Shown: positions 28,283-38,725, counted from the stretch's first letter. The stretch: 64,000 bases of DNA from an uncultured Bacteriovoracaceae bacterium (GCA_964609695.1 CAZSSP010000007.1:8926-72925); one strand, 5' to 3'. Made by a program: numbers and translations. Notes: a model not told the origin generated them from the sequence alone.

Positions 28283-29085
28283 TTCACAATCTCCAGCTTC
28301 GATTCAAACACCATATTGGATGACACAATACTCGTTGGACCAATATCTTCATCTCTTACAATTCCTTCAAGCTTCAGTTTGTAAGGAGAATTTCGTATAT
28401 ATATTTTTCGAGCACCCTGAACAAAAAACGTGTTTCTTGGTCCATATGCGGTGATTCTAACGGCAACATTCTCGACATCGATGGCTTTTGCTTTTCCATC
28501 AATCGAACTCACTGTACGATTTTTAACTTCTTCAGATACAGCATCGCCCACAGCAGCATTGCCCAAAGCTTTAGTGACCTTTTCTTTAACTTTATTTTTA
28601 GCTGATTTTCCTGCTTCATCAGCTAGAACTTGGTTCAAAGTTGTTCGTCCTAAAACTTCGTCCACCTTTTCATTCATTGTGGTGCTCACGTCAGACTCAA
28701 GTTTTACAATGATAATATCGCCTAACTTATGAAGAAGATTTTTTGAAAATAGAAAGCCATCTTGACTATCGGGATTCCACAATGAACCTTCGTTATCAGC
28801 TTGAGTTCCATACCAAGGGTTAGCGTTTCTTCTAAAACCATAAGAAGATTTTTGATTATAATGTTGTTGACCAGACATGAGTTCATTTTGAGTTAAATCC
28901 GGACCCGCAGACTCTGTGTCGGGATTGACATTAGCACCACTTCTATTTTCTATTGACAATTCTTGTGTTGAAGCAGGGCTCCGACTACCGCCTTGAGATT
29001 CGTTACCCATCATCGCATCTCTCCAACTTTTCACAGTTGAAGCACAACTGGCCAGTAAAAATAAAAAGACTAAGCGCGATTTCAC
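28279..29085 (-). CDS. flgH: flagellar L-ring lipoprotein
   Basis: Lipobox LLASC. The GDIIIVKLESD and NMVFESKLE regions are typical of FlgH. 4-nt overlaps on both sides. Confidence 0.85.
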   Translation of the reverse strand: MKSRLVFLFLLASCASTVKSWRDAMMGNESQGGSRSPASTQELSIENRSGANVNPDTESAGPDLTQNELMSGQQHYNQKSSYGFRRNANPWYGTQADNEGSLWNPDSQDGFLFSKNLLHKLGDIIIVKLESDVSTTMNEKVDEVLGRTTLNQVLADEAGKSAKNKVKEKVTKALGNAAVGDAVSEEVKNRTVSSIDGKAKAIDVENVAVRITAYGPRNTFFVQGARKIYIRNSPYKLKLEGIVRDEDIGPTSIVSSNMVFESKLEIVK

Positions 29086-29834
29086 AATCTCACCTCAACC
29101 ATTCTCTGCCCAGTAATGGTGGCTCTAATTTTTTTCTTAGTCTCTGGCTGAACCAAAGAAATTATTTCGCCCACTCTTCCGGATTCTTGAGCTTGTACGC
29201 GAGAACGAATCATCACACCAGGACCCGAATGAATAGTTAAATCGACAAACTCACCAGGACGAACATCAAATGGATTTTCTAACAACAAAGCAAAAACGGG
29301 CTGACCGGCATTGATCATTTGACGAGTGCGCTTACCAATAAGATCTTCCAAAGCTTGTGCCATCGTTCCTGCACTCATCTGCTTCCACGCCATACGCGAG
29401 AGCGTTAAGTCACTTTCTTTAATAGTGGAATCTGATGACAAGCCACTTTTGGCTACATAAGTCGGACCAATCACACTTAAAAGCATCTGAACTTTAGAAT
29501 CAAAAGAACCTTTTTCAGAATTAATTAAAATAGGCAGCGTACAAAGCCCCGAAAACCTACGAGCCGTAGCCTGTTCGAGATCGAGGACTTCAACATTTTT
29601 AATTTTTCCCATCTTGCCCATATCAACGCCCATTCCCAACAAATTAAAATTGGAAATTTCAATTTCAAACAAATCGGGACTCAGATGCATTTTCTTTGCT
29701 AAAATTTTTTGAATAGAATCTTTAACCATAGATTCCATAGATGAAGTTTCTGTTTTTTTAACGGCAGCTTCAATATAAAAACCGACAACAAGATTCAAAA
29801 TCAATAGCAGTCTAAACATCTTCAATATCCTCAT
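29082..29834 (-). CDS. flgA: flagellar basal-body P-ring formation chaperone
   Basis: Signal peptide and C-terminal SAF-like GEIISLVQPETKKKIRATITGQRMVEV. Positioned between flgG and flgH. Confidence 0.75.
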   Translation of the reverse strand: MRILKMFRLLLILNLVVGFYIEAAVKKTETSSMESMVKDSIQKILAKKMHLSPDLFEIEISNFNLLGMGVDMGKMGKIKNVEVLDLEQATARRFSGLCTLPILINSEKGSFDSKVQMLLSVIGPTYVAKSGLSSDSTIKESDLTLSRMAWKQMSAGTMAQALEDLIGKRTRQMINAGQPVFALLLENPFDVRPGEFVDLTIHSGPGVMIRSRVQAQESGRVGEIISLVQPETKKKIRATITGQRMVEVRL

Positions 29835-30613
29835 TTTATCTGACTCAACGTGCTCAACATTTGATCGGTAGTTTGAATAACTTTAGAGTTCATTTCAAAA
29901 AGTCTTTGCGAACGTATCAAATCCGTCATTTCAGCAACTGAATTCACATTCGATGCTTCAAGAAATTTTTGTTCAAGCCGTCCAAAACCTTGATCGCCCG
30001 GATTTCCTGTGACGGCTTCACCACTGGCTGGAGTTTGTAAAAACAAACTCCCACCATCGGCTTGTAAACCAGCTGGATTTATAAAATTAGTCAGCTGAAT
30101 TTGACCCAATTGTTGACTTTCATTGCTATTAAGAGAAACCGTCACAGTGCCATCGCCCGCAATTTGAATGGCCCGAACTCCAGGAGGAATTGTAATTTCA
30201 GGAACTAAAGGCAAACCTTGTCCATTAACAAGCTTTCCTTCGGCATCTAATTTAAAACTTCCATCGCGAGTGTAGGCAATTTCTCCACTTGGTTTTTGAA
30301 TTGTAAAAAATCCTTCACCACCCACTAAGACATCAAGCTCACGACCGGTAGGTCGAGCCGCCCCCATAGAATGTTCACGAGAACTACCCACAGCCTTCAC
30401 TCCCAAACCCACTTGAACACCTGTTGGATTAATCGTTGTGCTTGAAGTCGCAGAACCTGGATCTTTTTCATTTTGATAGAGAAGATCCTGAAATTCCGCT
30501 CGACTTCTCTTGAACGCAGTTGTGTCTGAGTTTGCAATATTGTTGGCAATCACTTCAGACTGTAAGGCCTGAGCGGTCATGCCTGTTGCTGCTGTATTGA
30601 GAGCCTTAAACAT
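29831..30613 (-). CDS. flgG: flagellar distal rod protein
   Basis: MFKALNTAATGMTAQ...NNIANSDTTAFK N-terminus and C-terminal LEASNVNSVAEMTDLIRSQRLFEMNSKVIQTTDQM. Confidence 0.9.
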   Translation of the reverse strand: MFKALNTAATGMTAQALQSEVIANNIANSDTTAFKRSRAEFQDLLYQNEKDPGSATSSTTINPTGVQVGLGVKAVGSSREHSMGAARPTGRELDVLVGGEGFFTIQKPSGEIAYTRDGSFKLDAEGKLVNGQGLPLVPEITIPPGVRAIQIAGDGTVTVSLNSNESQQLGQIQLTNFINPAGLQADGGSLFLQTPASGEAVTGNPGDQGFGRLEQKFLEASNVNSVAEMTDLIRSQRLFEMNSKVIQTTDQMLSTLSQIK

Positions 30614-30624
30614 AAATTAGTCCC

Positions 30625-31539
30625 CTAAAACTTTCCAATCTCCGAAGCACTCATCTGGAGATTTCCAAAGGTCTGCATTAATTTTGCGTTTTGTTCATAA
30701 AGTCTTTGAGCCTCAACCATTTTGCTCATTTCCTTAACTGGATTTACATTCGAAGCTTCAAGCATTCCCTGAATCACTCGAGGAGGAATTTGAGTTGGGC
30801 CCAAAGGATTTTTATTGGTAGCTGTTCCCCCAGCAGAATTTTGATTGGCATTTCCAGTAGCCGCAGGAGCTGCAGCCGCTGTCCTTGCAGCCCCAGCTCT
30901 TAGAAGTGCAGATTCTGGCGCTTCAAATAAACCCTGCCCTTTTTTAACGAGCATTTTAGGATCTTGAACTTGCACAAGTGAAATTGAACCCAATTGAGCA
31001 CCACCTAATTCAGCGGAGCCATAAATGTTTCCTTGCTGATCAATATTCACTCTAGAAGTTCCAATTGAAATAGCTCGAGATTTAGGATCAGCACTCGCCT
31101 GTCCTGGACCCAAAACTAAAAAGCCATCGCGAGTGACTAAGCGCCCTTGCGCGTCAATAGCCATGTTTCCCGATCGTGTTAAACGCAAACCATCAGGAGC
31201 TGCGACTTCAAAAAATCCATTTCCATCTATCGCCAAATCTAGAGGATTGCCCGTTGTCTTCAAACTTCCAGGGCGCAAATCAGTATAATCTGAACCATAA
31301 AGCGCCACTTTGTTTTCGTTTCCAGCCTTCGAGAGCAATTCACTTGAAGTGGGAATTCGATCGGGGATATCCGGCAAAGAAAGGTCACGATGATGCTTGC
31401 CCTGTAATTCGGCTTCGAAAATGAGCTCATCGGATTTGAAACCGGCAGTATCAGCGTTGGCCAAATTATTAGCAATACGCTCTACCTGTTTACTCTGCGC
31501 AAGTGCGCCCGACAAAGCTGTGACGAGTCCGGCATCCAT
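30625..31539 (-). CDS. flgF: flagellar proximal rod protein (FlgF-like)
   Basis: ATG at 31539 is preceded by AGGGGG with a 4-5 nt spacer; the listed TTG at 31590 is less likely. NNLANADTAGFK N-terminal and LEASNVNPVKEMSKMVEAQRLYE C-terminal rod motifs. Confidence 0.8.
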   Translation of the reverse strand: MDAGLVTALSGALAQSKQVERIANNLANADTAGFKSDELIFEAELQGKHHRDLSLPDIPDRIPTSSELLSKAGNENKVALYGSDYTDLRPGSLKTTGNPLDLAIDGNGFFEVAAPDGLRLTRSGNMAIDAQGRLVTRDGFLVLGPGQASADPKSRAISIGTSRVNIDQQGNIYGSAELGGAQLGSISLVQVQDPKMLVKKGQGLFEAPESALLRAGAARTAAAAPAATGNANQNSAGGTATNKNPLGPTQIPPRVIQGMLEASNVNPVKEMSKMVEAQRLYEQNAKLMQTFGNLQMSASEIGKF

Positions 31540-31691
31540 TTGACCCCCTAACAAGTATTGTGCAACGGATATGCCATTTCTTTGTGTCAAAAATACCTAA
31601 ACTAAAATGACGTCAAAATGAATCCTTAGCGAAATGAGCTCTGCGCCATCAAAGAAGTGACGTTAGATTGTCGTCATGTTAAAAAGTTTAC

Positions 31692-32582
31692 ATGATGTCA
31701 CCACAAGTTTTAGACGGAAAATTGGCGTCACAAAATCTTCTCAACAGATTAGCGAACGCTACAAAAACTTGGCCTAGCAAGGCTCATTTAAAAATCATTC
31801 AGGTGGGAGAAAACAAAGCCTCTACCAGTTATATTCGACAAAAAGAAAAAGCTGCCGGACAAAGTGAATTGCGATTCACTCACGAAAAACTTCCTCGCCA
31901 TACAAGTCTAAAAGAAATCCAACGAGTCATCGAAAAAAACAATCTCGACGATGACGTCAGCGCCTTTATGCTTCAACTTCCGCTAGATTCCGATCAGAAT
32001 CCACAGCCCACTGACATTCAAAAACTTTTAGAAAGTATTTCACCCGACAAAGATGCCGATGGTTTGCATACAAACAACTTAGGAAAACTTTTCGCCGGTG
32101 AAAGCACACACACGAATTGGCAAGCTCCACTCCCCGCGACAGCCCTAGGCATTATGAGACTTCTAGAACATTACCATTTAGACCCACAAGCCAAAGACGC
32201 AGTCGTTATCGGTCGCTCTCGACTTGTAGGCGCACCTACAGCCACATTACTCACTCACGCAGGTGCCACAGTAACGCTATGTCATCGGGCCACTAAATTT
32301 CTCAATGAAAAAACCAAAACAGCTGAAATACTAATAGTTGCAGCCGGCATTAAACACATTGTGGGTGTTGAGCACATTCGGCCAGGCGCCATTATTGTCG
32401 ACGTAGGCATTCATGTCGGACCCGATGGAAAACTCAGTGGCGACGTAAAACCAGAAGCTCAAAGCTACTCATCTTTTTATTCGCCAGTACCCGGTGGAGT
32501 TGGCCCCATGACCGTGGCCTGTCTTATTGAAAATACTGTGCGCTTGTTTGCTAAAAAAAATAATTTCGAACTGAAAATATGA
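31692..32582 (+). CDS. folD: bifunctional methylenetetrahydrofolate dehydrogenase/cyclohydrolase
   Basis: YIRQKEKAA, VIGRSRLVGAPTATLL and PGGVGPMTVACL motifs. Confidence 0.9.
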   Translation: MMSPQVLDGKLASQNLLNRLANATKTWPSKAHLKIIQVGENKASTSYIRQKEKAAGQSELRFTHEKLPRHTSLKEIQRVIEKNNLDDDVSAFMLQLPLDSDQNPQPTDIQKLLESISPDKDADGLHTNNLGKLFAGESTHTNWQAPLPATALGIMRLLEHYHLDPQAKDAVVIGRSRLVGAPTATLLTHAGATVTLCHRATKFLNEKTKTAEILIVAAGIKHIVGVEHIRPGAIIVDVGIHVGPDGKLSGDVKPEAQSYSSFYSPVPGGVGPMTVACLIENTVRLFAKKNNFELKI

Positions 32583-33592
32583 ACTACGTTATTGAAACCG
32601 AAAATCTCTCAAGAGTTTATCAAAGCTACAAAAAGCCAGAAGGCCTTAAAGCTTCTATTAAAGGTTTTTTCAATCGCGAATACGAAGTGAGAACTGCGCT
32701 CAAAGCCACCAACATTAAACTCGAACGGGGACAAATTGTAGGTTTAGTCGGATCCAATGGCGCAGGAAAAACCACTCTTCTCAAACTTTTGTCCGGACTG
32801 ATTTACCCATCAAGCGGTACAGCTCGAGTTTTGGGTTTTGAACCCTGGAAAAGACAATCTCAATATTTAAAAAAAATCAGTTTACTTTTAGGACAAAAAA
32901 ATCAACTTTGGTGGGATCTCCCAGCAGCCGACAGCTATGATCTACTCTCTACAATATATGAACTCGACAAAGGAGCTGCAAAAAAAAGAGTTAAAATGTT
33001 ATCGGAAATGCTCGATTGCGCCCACCTTCTCCACGTTCAACTCCGAAGATTATCCCTTGGCGAGAGAATGAAAATGGAAATAATAGGCTCACTACTTCAT
33101 GAGCCCGAAATCCTTTTCTTAGATGAACCCACCATTGGACTCGACATTGTTGCACAAACTAAAATTAGAGAATTTTTAGCTGATTACGTTAGAGATCGTG
33201 CTCCCACAATTATTCTAACCTCACACTACATGGATGACATCTCTAGACTCGCCAAAAGACTCTTGCTCATTAGTCGTGGCGAAATTGTTTATGATGGTGG
33301 TGTTCAACAATTTGTTAAACAAGTAGAAACTCGACAAAAAATTATTATCAGCACCGAAAAGGCACTCCAACATCCGATTCAATTAGACAATGGCCATGAG
33401 CTCGCCGCTGGACAAACTTATTTTAGCACCGACGTAGCCCCTCACGAAGTTGGAAAACTACTTCCCAAAATTTTAGAACAAAGTTCCATACGTGAAATTA
33501 AAACGGAGGACATGGATTTTGAAGACGTCATTCGTCGCTTTCTTGAAAAAGATCAGCGCCGCATCCAAACTAGCCATACTGAGTCAGTTTGA
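32579..33592 (+). CDS. ABC transporter ATP-binding protein (ABC-2 exporter type)
   Basis: Walker A GSNGAGKTTLLK, signature LSLGERMKME, Walker B ILFLDEPT. Confidence 0.88.
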   Translation: MNYVIETENLSRVYQSYKKPEGLKASIKGFFNREYEVRTALKATNIKLERGQIVGLVGSNGAGKTTLLKLLSGLIYPSSGTARVLGFEPWKRQSQYLKKISLLLGQKNQLWWDLPAADSYDLLSTIYELDKGAAKKRVKMLSEMLDCAHLLHVQLRRLSLGERMKMEIIGSLLHEPEILFLDEPTIGLDIVAQTKIREFLADYVRDRAPTIILTSHYMDDISRLAKRLLLISRGEIVYDGGVQQFVKQVETRQKIIISTEKALQHPIQLDNGHELAAGQTYFSTDVAPHEVGKLLPKILEQSSIREIKTEDMDFEDVIRRFLEKDQRRIQTSHTESV

Positions 33593-34337
33593 ATATAGAA
33601 TGAATCTTTTCTTTGATGCCGTGGTGCAACCCGCGATCACAGCCTGCGTGGAAATGCTCCTATGGATAGCCATATTCAAAAGCACAGGAGCCTCTCAGTT
33701 TGGTGGCTTCAATTTATACAGCTATCTACAATACGTACTCTGGGCGGCTTTTTTTGCACGCATATCGATCTCCTGGATGTATGAATACAAAATGGTGAGC
33801 GACGTCGACACCGGTGCCATCAACGCCATTCTTCTTCGTCCCTTTTCATTTTTTTCATTCTACTGGGGACAACTCGTTGGATACAAAGCTCTTACGGGAT
33901 TTGTATCCTTACTCATTCCATTCAGCATCGGTTTTTTTTATCCAGAAGCTTTTCACTACAATCGGTTACCACAAATATTTTTTATGATTTTTATGTTTCT
34001 ATTTTTTGTTCACACCACAGGATTCATTCTCTCTTCTATGGCCTTTTATTGGAATCGAGTCTTTTCTTTTTGTGTAGCAAAAAATCTTATAATGGTTTTC
34101 TTTTCGGGAGAACTCTATCCCCTTGACCTCTTGCCCTACCCCTACAAAGAACTCGCCTTGTGGCTTCCTTTTCCATGCGGTGTATACGTTCCTGTAGCTT
34201 ACCTCACCGGAAGATTGGGACATCAAGAATTTCTCGAATGTCTCATTCGCCTAGCTATCATTAATGTTTTTGTTTACTTTGGGGCTCAGGCGCTTTGGCG
34301 CAAAGGTTTAAGAAGTTACTCAGGTACTGGCGCATGA
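33519..34337 (+). CDS. ABC-2 family transporter permease
   Basis: TTG at 33519 is preceded by GGAGGA with an 8-nt spacer, giving (M)KTSFVAFLKKI...FEYRMNLFFD. Multi-pass membrane protein. The listed GTG at 33492 is an alternative start. Confidence 0.75.
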   Translation: MKTSFVAFLKKISAASKLAILSQFEYRMNLFFDAVVQPAITACVEMLLWIAIFKSTGASQFGGFNLYSYLQYVLWAAFFARISISWMYEYKMVSDVDTGAINAILLRPFSFFSFYWGQLVGYKALTGFVSLLIPFSIGFFYPEAFHYNRLPQIFFMIFMFLFFVHTTGFILSSMAFYWNRVFSFCVAKNLIMVFFSGELYPLDLLPYPYKELALWLPFPCGVYVPVAYLTGRLGHQEFLECLIRLAIINVFVYFGAQALWRKGLRSYSGTGA

Positions 34338-35137
34338 AAATTTCTAGAATTTTTCTATATTCAAAACTTTTCAACACTTTATTCCGCTTAAGTTTTATTG
34401 CCGATATTCAATACCGCGCCAATGTGATTATTAAAATATTTGCCGACATGTGTTGGTATTCGGGGCAAATTGCTATATTTGAAGTTCTTTATCTGCACAC
34501 CAATCAAATTGCTGGCTGGAGCATTTATGATGCTAGGCTTTTGCTCGGATCACTCTTTTTGTCTGACGCCATATTCATGGTTATTTTTTCTGAATCCATG
34601 GAGAGATTTTCGGAAAAAGTCATACGCGGAGAATTGGATTTGCTCTTAGTCAAACCCGTTAATTCTCAGTTCCTCATGAGTTGCCAGAGAATGAGCACGG
34701 CTTACATGGCCAATATTTTCATTTCTCTTATTTTTCTTGTGTTAGTTAATATTTATTCAAGTTTAGGTTTCTCTATTTGGAGATTTTTAGGCGGACTCAC
34801 TTTGGTTTTCTTTTCCGTTTTAATCACTTATTCATTTAGAATATTTTTTGCAATGATGGCTATTGTCTTCAGCCGAGTCGATGCTCTCAACTATGTTTGG
34901 TATCAATTTTATCGATTTGGAACTCGTCCTGATCAAATATATCCAAATGCTTTACGATACGTTTTTTTAAGTGTGCTTCCTATCGCTTTTATGGCTTCTG
35001 TGCCTGCGAGAATTTTTTCGGGCAAAGGCAGCATTGAATATTTTATAGCAGGAATTTGTGTCCCCTTAATTTTGTTATTTCTAGTCTCTCAATGTTGGAA
35101 CAAAGTGATTAAGCGTTACTCATCAGCGAGTAGTTAA
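34334..35137 (+). CDS. ABC-2 family transporter permease
   Basis: ATG at 34334 forms an ATGA overlap with the preceding stop. Start MKISRIFLYSKLF...IQYRANVIIK. Multi-pass membrane protein. Confidence 0.75.
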   Translation: MKISRIFLYSKLFNTLFRLSFIADIQYRANVIIKIFADMCWYSGQIAIFEVLYLHTNQIAGWSIYDARLLLGSLFLSDAIFMVIFSESMERFSEKVIRGELDLLLVKPVNSQFLMSCQRMSTAYMANIFISLIFLVLVNIYSSLGFSIWRFLGGLTLVFFSVLITYSFRIFFAMMAIVFSRVDALNYVWYQFYRFGTRPDQIYPNALRYVFLSVLPIAFMASVPARIFSGKGSIEYFIAGICVPLILLFLVSQCWNKVIKRYSSASS

Positions 35138-37002
35138 ATTCCGACTTTTTCCATACACTCAATGGCTTTATGAGCTGTAAGCATTTGAAGGTCGGGGAGT
35201 TCTAAATCTTCATCAACAATGACTTTATATTGATCTTGAATTTCTTTTTCAGAATCTTTTGTACATTGAATGGCAGTTTCTAATTTAGAATCCACTTTTC
35301 GCTTAAAGTCAGCCTTACCTTTAATTGGCAACAAGGCACCAGGAAGATCGTTCATAAATAGACCACCCATTCCAGGCGCCACTTTTTCAGTAGTAGGTCT
35401 TTTAACTGTCAAATCTGGGACAATTCCCTCAAATTGAGGAGAACGATGTGAGCCCAAGAAATAATAAGAAGTTGTCACTTTAAGCATTGGTAAATTTGCA
35501 ATTGGAGAAGCCACAACACCTTGCGCAGTCCCCTTTCCAAAGCTGCGATCGCCAATGACAATGGCTCTATTATAATCCTGTAGAGACCCTGCTAATATTT
35601 CACTGGCAGAAGCACTATTGTTATCTATTAATACAACCACGTTTTGACGAGTGGGTTCAAGTTCAGGTAAGGGAAGCACAACGGCATCTCGAAGATCACT
35701 AAAACCAAAACGTTCTTTTCCGTAAATCAAAGACACTCCACTTTCTTTCACAAATGTTTGCACAGTCTTAAGTGCAGTTCCAAGAAAGCCACCGGGATTT
35801 CCGCGCAAATCAAGAATAATTGACTTAGATTTTTGACTATCAATTTTTTTACGAAGTTTCTCTGCTGTTTCTTCCTGAAACTGCGTCATGCTTATCGCAA
35901 AATGATCGTGAGCTACTTTAGCGGAAAGCTCATCCAAAGTATAAGGCGCTCTTTTCACTAAAACTTTTATAGTTCCAACTTTTTTTCTTTCGACCAACAA
36001 TTCAACATCAGTACCCTCTGTTCCCTTTAAGGACTCACGCCATTTATCAACATTTTTGAGCTCTAAATTAACATTCTCGCCATTGATAGCGGTGATCACG
36101 TCACCATATTGAAGTTTTGCAGCTTCAGCTCCTGTATTAGGAAACACCGTAACTACTTTCATTTTTTTATCAGACTCAAATATTAAAGCACCAATACCCA
36201 CAACAGTGGTTTCTGATTTCTTCATAGCTTCATATTCTTTTTCAGGCATCAATTCGGTCATAGGGTCTAAACCGCCGAGGTAACCTTGCACGAGCAAAAT
36301 AGTTTTGTATTCCTTGGGAGGCATTTCGATTTTTTCGACTTCTGATAAATGCTTTTCAACTAATTTTCTAAAAGCTGAAAATTCTGACAAGCGACGAATT
36401 CTGCAAAGATCAACCATTTTTCTTTCGGATAAATAAGCTTCTTTTGTGATTTTTATTCGAAGCTCCTTTGAAAGATCTCGTCCTCTGATTAAGACCAAGG
36501 GAAGAATTTCTTGTCCACTCTCATTCTTTATCGAAATATAATTTGGAATAGCTAAACGCTCTGCTTCTGCTCGAAGCATAATTTGAAAAGAGGGTTTTGA
36601 ATTCACTAAAATAGTATTCAAAGAATTCAAATAAGGGTAAATGCCGTTTTGTTCGGGACTAACATGTTCTTGTCTGGCAAGCGTAATCAACGTCGACAAA
36701 GCTTCAAAATTAGTTTTTTCAGGATTATAATCGCTCAAAGATTCTTTTAGTTTTTTAAATTTATCTTCAGAGCTTTGAAGTCCGGCAGGAGCTTCATTTT
36801 TGATTTTTTCTTCGACTAAAGTGCCTTGATAATGAAAAGCATCCTTGCTTTGATTCTCCCATTTTGAATCATGAATCGATAAAAGCATTTCATCAAAAGT
36901 TTCTTGGGCACTTAAAGAATGATTTTTTCGCTGCCCGCATCCCGACAAAAAACTTAAAGCAACTAACAACAAGAAGGATTGACTTTTATTTAAGGCTCCC
37001 AT
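35134..37002 (-). CDS. S41-family C-terminal processing peptidase (lipoprotein)
   Basis: Lipobox FLSGC, PDZ-like GDVITAINGENV, S41 core DLRGNPGG and SASASEILAGSLQD. Confidence 0.85.
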   Translation of the reverse strand: MGALNKSQSFLLLVALSFLSGCGQRKNHSLSAQETFDEMLLSIHDSKWENQSKDAFHYQGTLVEEKIKNEAPAGLQSSEDKFKKLKESLSDYNPEKTNFEALSTLITLARQEHVSPEQNGIYPYLNSLNTILVNSKPSFQIMLRAEAERLAIPNYISIKNESGQEILPLVLIRGRDLSKELRIKITKEAYLSERKMVDLCRIRRLSEFSAFRKLVEKHLSEVEKIEMPPKEYKTILLVQGYLGGLDPMTELMPEKEYEAMKKSETTVVGIGALIFESDKKMKVVTVFPNTGAEAAKLQYGDVITAINGENVNLELKNVDKWRESLKGTEGTDVELLVERKKVGTIKVLVKRAPYTLDELSAKVAHDHFAISMTQFQEETAEKLRKKIDSQKSKSIILDLRGNPGGFLGTALKTVQTFVKESGVSLIYGKERFGFSDLRDAVVLPLPELEPTRQNVVVLIDNNSASASEILAGSLQDYNRAIVIGDRSFGKGTAQGVVASPIANLPMLKVTTSYYFLGSHRSPQFEGIVPDLTVKRPTTEKVAPGMGGLFMNDLPGALLPIKGKADFKRKVDSKLETAIQCTKDSEKEIQDQYKVIVDEDLELPDLQMLTAHKAIECMEKVGI

Positions 37003-37091
37003 TTTAGCTCCAATTTAGGTGAAGTCTTTTTTGGCAGAATGGGCACCGGATGGTCAAAGATAAAAACCTTAATTTTAATTAATTTTAAATT

Positions 37092-38426
37092 TTAGAATTT
37101 GGACTGAAACTCAAGAAGTGCCGCATAATCGGCATTGAGAACGGCTATGTCTTCATGAAACAAATCAACATCAGCCAAGACGTTAATTAAGTTTTTAGTG
37201 ATTTCCACTTCCTCTCCCACTTTAAAATGCCAGCTAGAATCGCGATAAGATTTTAAAGAACGCACAAATGCCATATCTTCAGCACTTAGGATTCTACCCC
37301 CCTTTTTGGACACCAACGACACCTGAAAGGCGAGTTTATTTTTGAGCCAAGGCTTTTGAATTTCTTCGTGAAATCTTTGAGGATCGGCGTAACTCAACAA
37401 GCTTAAACGAGCCTCATCTAAGCCCGTCACTTCTTTTATAAGAGCGGGAAGCAAAGCACCCGCCATTCGAGGATTAGGCTCAACCAAAACTGGATCGGGG
37501 TGTGTCCAGTCTGCAACCTTAATCTCCAAATGCGCCGGTCCGTATCGGAAACCCAAGGCGTCGAGCACTTTTTTCCCATAGGCTTCAAGCGCCTCTCGCT
37601 CGGGCGCAAATTGAGATAAAAGCCGTGTATTTTGCTTCACAAAACTACCATTAGCTAAGCGGAGATTTTCGTATTCCATTATGTAAGCCAAATGATGTTT
37701 TCCAGCACTGCTTATAAACTCAACGATATATTCCGTACCCTCAAGAAACTCTTGCACCACAACTTCGCGATTGGGCAAAAGGAGGCTATTGAAAGGTTTA
37801 TTTCTTATGGCCCAAAAAGCTTCCTCTAGAGCTTGCATATTATCCACGGCCGCCACATTTTCACTTCCAGCTCCATGCGTGGGCTTAACAACAACTGGCC
37901 ATTCGGGATGAATATTCTTTTTCCAATCGAGAACATCACTCCACTCGATAGATCTCATTTGCTTAGCAGAGCGAATTCCCTCGTGAGATTTTAAAACCAT
38001 ATTCGAAAGAAATTTATCTTTTCGAGCTTCACTCAATTCAAAATCATTTCGTCTTGATAAGTTTAAGCGTTCCGACAAATAGTCCGCCATCACCACACCG
38101 GTATCAGTTCCCGGTACTATAAAATCAGGTGCCAATTCCTTAATTTGAGGCAGCAATTCATCCCAAGATTGCGCTTGATTGAAGATCTCTCTCGATCCCT
38201 CAAAATCTTGAGCTTGATAAGAGGCCGTAAAGACTGGTGGTACCTCACTCTTAGAATGCAATGCTATGATTTCATAACCTAATTCTTTAGCAGCAGCGGC
38301 ATACAAAGATCCCGAGGAATAGGGATCGACAACGATGACCCTTCGAAGATTTGTAATAAAGTCCTGACACGACCATAGTGGTCCAGAAAAGCTTAAGGAT
38401 AAAGCTACAACCAAGGCTAAAATCAT
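37092..38426 (-). CDS. ATP-grasp domain protein with N-terminal hydrophobic anchor
   Basis: VVKPTHGAGSENV and EFLEGTEYIVEF are ATP-grasp features. ATG at 38426 gives MILALVVALSLSFSGPLWSC followed by NLRRV. The listed TTG at 38465 is an alternative start. Confidence 0.7.
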   Translation of the reverse strand: MILALVVALSLSFSGPLWSCQDFITNLRRVIVVDPYSSGSLYAAAAKELGYEIIALHSKSEVPPVFTASYQAQDFEGSREIFNQAQSWDELLPQIKELAPDFIVPGTDTGVVMADYLSERLNLSRRNDFELSEARKDKFLSNMVLKSHEGIRSAKQMRSIEWSDVLDWKKNIHPEWPVVVKPTHGAGSENVAAVDNMQALEEAFWAIRNKPFNSLLLPNREVVVQEFLEGTEYIVEFISSAGKHHLAYIMEYENLRLANGSFVKQNTRLLSQFAPEREALEAYGKKVLDALGFRYGPAHLEIKVADWTHPDPVLVEPNPRMAGALLPALIKEVTGLDEARLSLLSYADPQRFHEEIQKPWLKNKLAFQVSLVSKKGGRILSAEDMAFVRSLKSYRDSSWHFKVGEEVEITKNLINVLADVDLFHEDIAVLNADYAALLEFQSKF

Positions 38427-38516
38427 CGAGGGCTCTTGGTTAGCATGAGCACAAAAATCATTCAAAACTCGAAACCTTACAAAGTCTTACACACCAAAAC
38501 TTAAAGTATGAAATTC

Positions 38517-38706
38517 TATTGTGCGCTAAGAAACGGGCCTGGAATATTAAAGCTAAAATTTATTAATATCTTTAAATTCAAAGACTAGAGCATCTTGGGG
38601 TGAGCGATGAGGCAACGCCTCGAGCTTCAGGGGTCGCCCAAGCCGCTCTAGTCTTTGAATTTAAAGATATAGATAGATTTCCAGGCCCGTTTCTTAGCGC
38701 ACAATA
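38517..38706. repeat. 190-bp nested-palindrome element, copy 2
   Basis: Same length and orientation as 13644-13833. Outer arms 38517-38542 / 38681-38706 pair perfectly, inner arms 38566-38591 / 38645-38670 pair perfectly, tip GAGGC-AAC-GCCTC. Confidence 0.9.
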
Positions 38707-38725
38707 GATTCTTTGAGCGGGGGGT

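Noticed and set aside
31591-31691. Sigma-54 or sigma-28 promoter upstream of flgF (minus-strand TGGCGCAGAGCTCATT)
   Set aside because: The GG element is present but there is no GC at the -12 spacing, and there is no TAAA-N15-GCCGATAA match either.
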